Source of the DNA: Penicillus capitatus
Taxonomy: Eukaryota > Plantae > Chlorophyta
Reading direction: 5' to 3'
Length of the DNA stretch: 64,000 nucleotides
Assembly (NCBI GenBank): GCA_965649825.1
Contig: OZ287713.1
Span: forward strand, 56,644-120,643
Positions 61,001 to 64,000 of the stretch are shown in pieces. Numbering within the stretch: position 1 is the stretch's first letter; each line of letters starts with the position of its first letter. Position numbers and translations under genes: made by a program. Under the pieces are notes generated by a model. The model was not told the origin of the DNA and searched no databases. It saw only the letters and a program-made list of their open reading frames with translations.

Positions 61001-62438
61001 CTACTCTTCGCAGCTCCAGTTGGGCGGTCCCCGCATCATGGGCGTCAACGGCGTCTCCCATCACGTCGTCTCGGACGATCTGCACGGCGTCAAGACGATT
61101 CTGAAGTGGCTCTCGTACACTCCGTGCCTGCTCGGCGGATGGCCCAGCCGCTGTCCGACCGCAGATCCAGTCGATCGGGGGATCGATTACACTCCGGACG
61201 AGGACGGTAAGCTGGATCCGCGGCGAGCCATCGCGGGGTGGACCTCCGACCTTCGGTGGGTGTCTGGACTCTTTGACCGGGGAAGCTGGTTGGAAGTTCA
61301 GGAGGGATGGGCGCAGACGGTGGTGACGGGACGCGCTCGACTTGGCGGAATTCCTGTCGGCGTCATCGCCGTGGAGACGCAGACGGTGTTCAAGACCGTC
61401 CCTGCGGATCCCGGAATGGCCGAATCCGCCGAGCAGCGGCTGCCTCAAGCAGGCCAGGTGTGGTTTCCCGATTCCGCTCTGAAGACGGCCCACGCCATGG
61501 AGGAATTCAACCTGGAGAGCCTGCCGCTGATCATTCTGGCGAACTGGCGCGGGTTTTCCGGCGGACAGCGCGACCTCTTCGAAGGCGTCCTTCAGGCAGG
61601 GTCCCTCATCGTCGAGCACCTGCGCGCCTTCAGGCAACCCGTCTTCGTCTACCTGCCTCCGAAGTGCGAGCTCAGAGGCGGTGCCTGGGTGGTGGTCGAC
61701 TCGAAGATCAACGACGCCATGGTGGAGATGTACGCCGATCCCTCCGCCAGGGGGAACGTGCTGGAGCCCGAAGGCATCGTGGAGATCAAGTTCCGGAAGG
61801 CGGATCTGCTGAGGACGATGCATCGACTGGATCCGGAGTTGAAGGCCATGGATCAGCGGGGAGCCGCCCGTGCGGACATCGCAGAGCGGGAACAGCTGCT
61901 GCTGCCAGTCTACCACCAGGTCGCCCTCCGTTTCGCCGAAATGCACGACACGCCGCGCAGAATGCAAGAGAAGGGTGTGATCCGGGGCGTCGTTCAGTGG
62001 AGGCAGGCACGAGCCTTTCTGTGCCAGAGACTCAGGCGCAGACTTGGCGAGGAACGCATCTTCCGAGACATGGGCGCATCGGACTCGCGCCTCTCCCGGT
62101 CGGCGATGAAGGAGATGCTGAGAGCATGGTACATGCAATCGGGCGATGGTCAGGGGGAGGACGACTGGGACAAGGATGACGCGGCGCAGAAGTGGATGGA
62201 ATCCGAGAGCGGTCGCAACAGAGTCTCGGCCGGGCTCATGTCTCTCCGTTCCGCTGTCGCCTCTCGCCAAGTGCACGAGATGCTTTCATCTGCCGAAGGG
62301 ACTGCCGGTCTGATCGACGCACTGAGAGCCGCCGCACAGCGGGATCCGCAGATCAGAGACCTGCTGCAGAATATGCAGTGCCCGGGGCCCGCATTGCGCG
62401 GAAACGATGTCGAACCTGTGGAACATCGGGACGGTTAA
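55017..62438 (+). CDS. ACC1: Homomeric acetyl-CoA carboxylase (BC-BCCP-CT), probably cytosolic
   Basis: [41 protein letters not shown], biotin motif [28 protein letters not shown] and [12 protein letters not shown]; no obvious transit peptide. Confidence 0.97.
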
Positions 62439-62652
62439 ATCGTGCAGTGAATACAAGCATCTCGTACGTAGCATTCGCCAACGTTCGTTTTCCGGTTTTC
62501 GGCTTTTAATCATCGTGCGATACCTTTCCCCGAACCTCCTGTAGACAGGGTTCGCGAAGGCGGTGGGTATTACTTCTTTACACGGGTCCATCCATCGTGC
62601 TAAAGGCATTCTTTATTGGCCTTCTGCGGCAATTCACTTGCGGTTTGCCCCC

Positions 62653-63651
62653 ATGGAGATTGTGCACGAACCGGCAGTCCGCGGCCGCTTAAACGCCCTT
62701 GTACAAATGTTCGAGAATCAGTCGAAGTCGGAGGAGCCGACGAGCACTGCACCGGCTGCTCGTCAGAAGAAGCTTCCATCCTCTAAGCTCCAGCCTGCAC
62801 GAGTATGTGAGCCGAGCCATGCGGCCGAGGCAGACGGAGAGAAGCGCCACGTGGACACGTCGTGCTCAGTGAACTCGCTAATAAAGACATTCAACTCCCG
62901 GGAAGGAACGGGGAGTTCGCTCGCCGCGGCAAAGAGGTGTTCGCTGAGTGGAGAGCAGCGTCGAAGATCAGGAGTTCTTCAGCATCTCGCCCCCGAATCG
63001 ATTGAGCGGCATCCCGAGGTGAAGGCCCTCCTGGATGACGTCTTCGGCAGGATCGAGCAACGCTTCATCAGGATGCGCAGCTTTGATTCGCGGTGCAGTT
63101 CTGAGAGAGACCTCATCGATGACGCAGGGAGCTCCATGACAGACACAACGGACATCGATTCCTGTCTATCCGCAGCGGAGACGCATTCCTCGAGCGGCAG
63201 CAAGATCGGGGCGATCTGGAACCAGGATGCGCTTCAGCATCTGGACGGCTGTTCCAGGACAGACGCAGCCGGGTCGGATGTTCACCACATCTGCACAAAG
63301 AAGCTGCGCGACTACATGGACGTGCTGAGCGCACGCATGGCCTGCTCCCGGGATGCCAAGCCGTCCGCGACGGACGAAAGCGCAGCCGTCTTCAGCGATG
63401 CCGTTAAGCTGGCGATGTCGAAGCTGAACGGCGACGCCACCAGGGATGCCTCGATGGCCGACAAGTCCGTGGACGTTTCTGTCCGAACCTGCAAGGCGCT
63501 GATCGAGATGACCGTCTTCAGAGAAGAAGCCCTCAAGCCGACGATCAACGTCGTCAACCGGGCACCGTGTGTCATGGAACACGACGACCTGAGCGACGTC
63601 GACGCTCGCGTGCTCTTCGCGGCCGACCGCCTCTGTACGACGTCTCCTTAG
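62653..63651 (+). CDS. Hypothetical protein (about 330 aa)
   Basis: Long ORF with coding-like bias; no family recognised; may splice further downstream. Confidence 0.55.
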   Translation: MEIVHEPAVRGRLNALVQMFENQSKSEEPTSTAPAARQKKLPSSKLQPARVCEPSHAAEADGEKRHVDTSCSVNSLIKTFNSREGTGSSLAAAKRCSLSGEQRRRSGVLQHLAPESIERHPEVKALLDDVFGRIEQRFIRMRSFDSRCSSERDLIDDAGSSMTDTTDIDSCLSAAETHSSSGSKIGAIWNQDALQHLDGCSRTDAAGSDVHHICTKKLRDYMDVLSARMACSRDAKPSATDESAAVFSDAVKLAMSKLNGDATRDASMADKSVDVSVRTCKALIEMTVFREEALKPTINVVNRAPCVMEHDDLSDVDARVLFAADRLCTTSP

Positions 63652-64000
63652 ATAGCAGCGTCCGAATTGTACCATCCTCTCCTCGATCTGGGCAGAGGAC
63701 TCCCATTTTCCCCGTCTGCAAGATAAGGGTGCTCACTCAAAGTAACCGAGATGCACCTCAAAGCGGTTTTCGTCGCGGTCTCAGTCCGCCACACGGTTTC
63801 GTGTCAATTCTTCGTCTCTTGATTCTGTTTTCCTTTACGTTTTTGTCCGTGAGCTTTCGCTATTCCTCGATATCGGTCGACAAGAGAATTTCGTCAGACA
63901 TCAATGTTCAAGGCTCCTCTTTTCCGCTTCAAGATCTATAAACACATGCACGGCCTGAGGAGATCTCTGTCAGTCGGCTGTCGGGCTGGTTGGTTGAGGA

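Overview
Eukaryotic nuclear DNA from a photosynthetic green alga with a very compact genome. Support for this: chloroplast ATP synthase gamma with a transit peptide, a pTAC3-like gene, a TAAC-like carrier, flagellar and centriolar genes, and TGTAA poly(A)-type signals. The lineage cannot be fixed from sequence alone, and the genetic code is standard. About 30 protein-coding genes are tightly packed, with intergenic gaps often 30-160 bp and many very short introns (about 41-67 nt). Genes include BioF, HisG, SF3B1, DnaJ, pTAC3-like, AIG1-like, PNGase, ASCH, CCCH, VPS45, atpC, BTB/KCTD, TAAC, PRA1, NDUFB11, two ML-domain genes, WDR90, CFDP1/SWC5, DNAI2, ZNF593/BUD20 and homomeric ACCase. Exon structures were reconstructed by hand. 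Main highlights: (1) a spliced gene joining a KCBP-type MyTH4-FERM tail to a protein kinase instead of a kinesin motor; (2) at least six GC-AG introns, most required by reading frame and homology; (3) a putatively myristoylated deaminase homologue lacking all three zinc ligands; (4) same-strand gene pairs 69-90 bp apart that are bicistron candidates; (5) bacterial-type genes carrying introns, a decayed LINE ORF1, a truncated 2OG-oxygenase and a BTB pseudogene.
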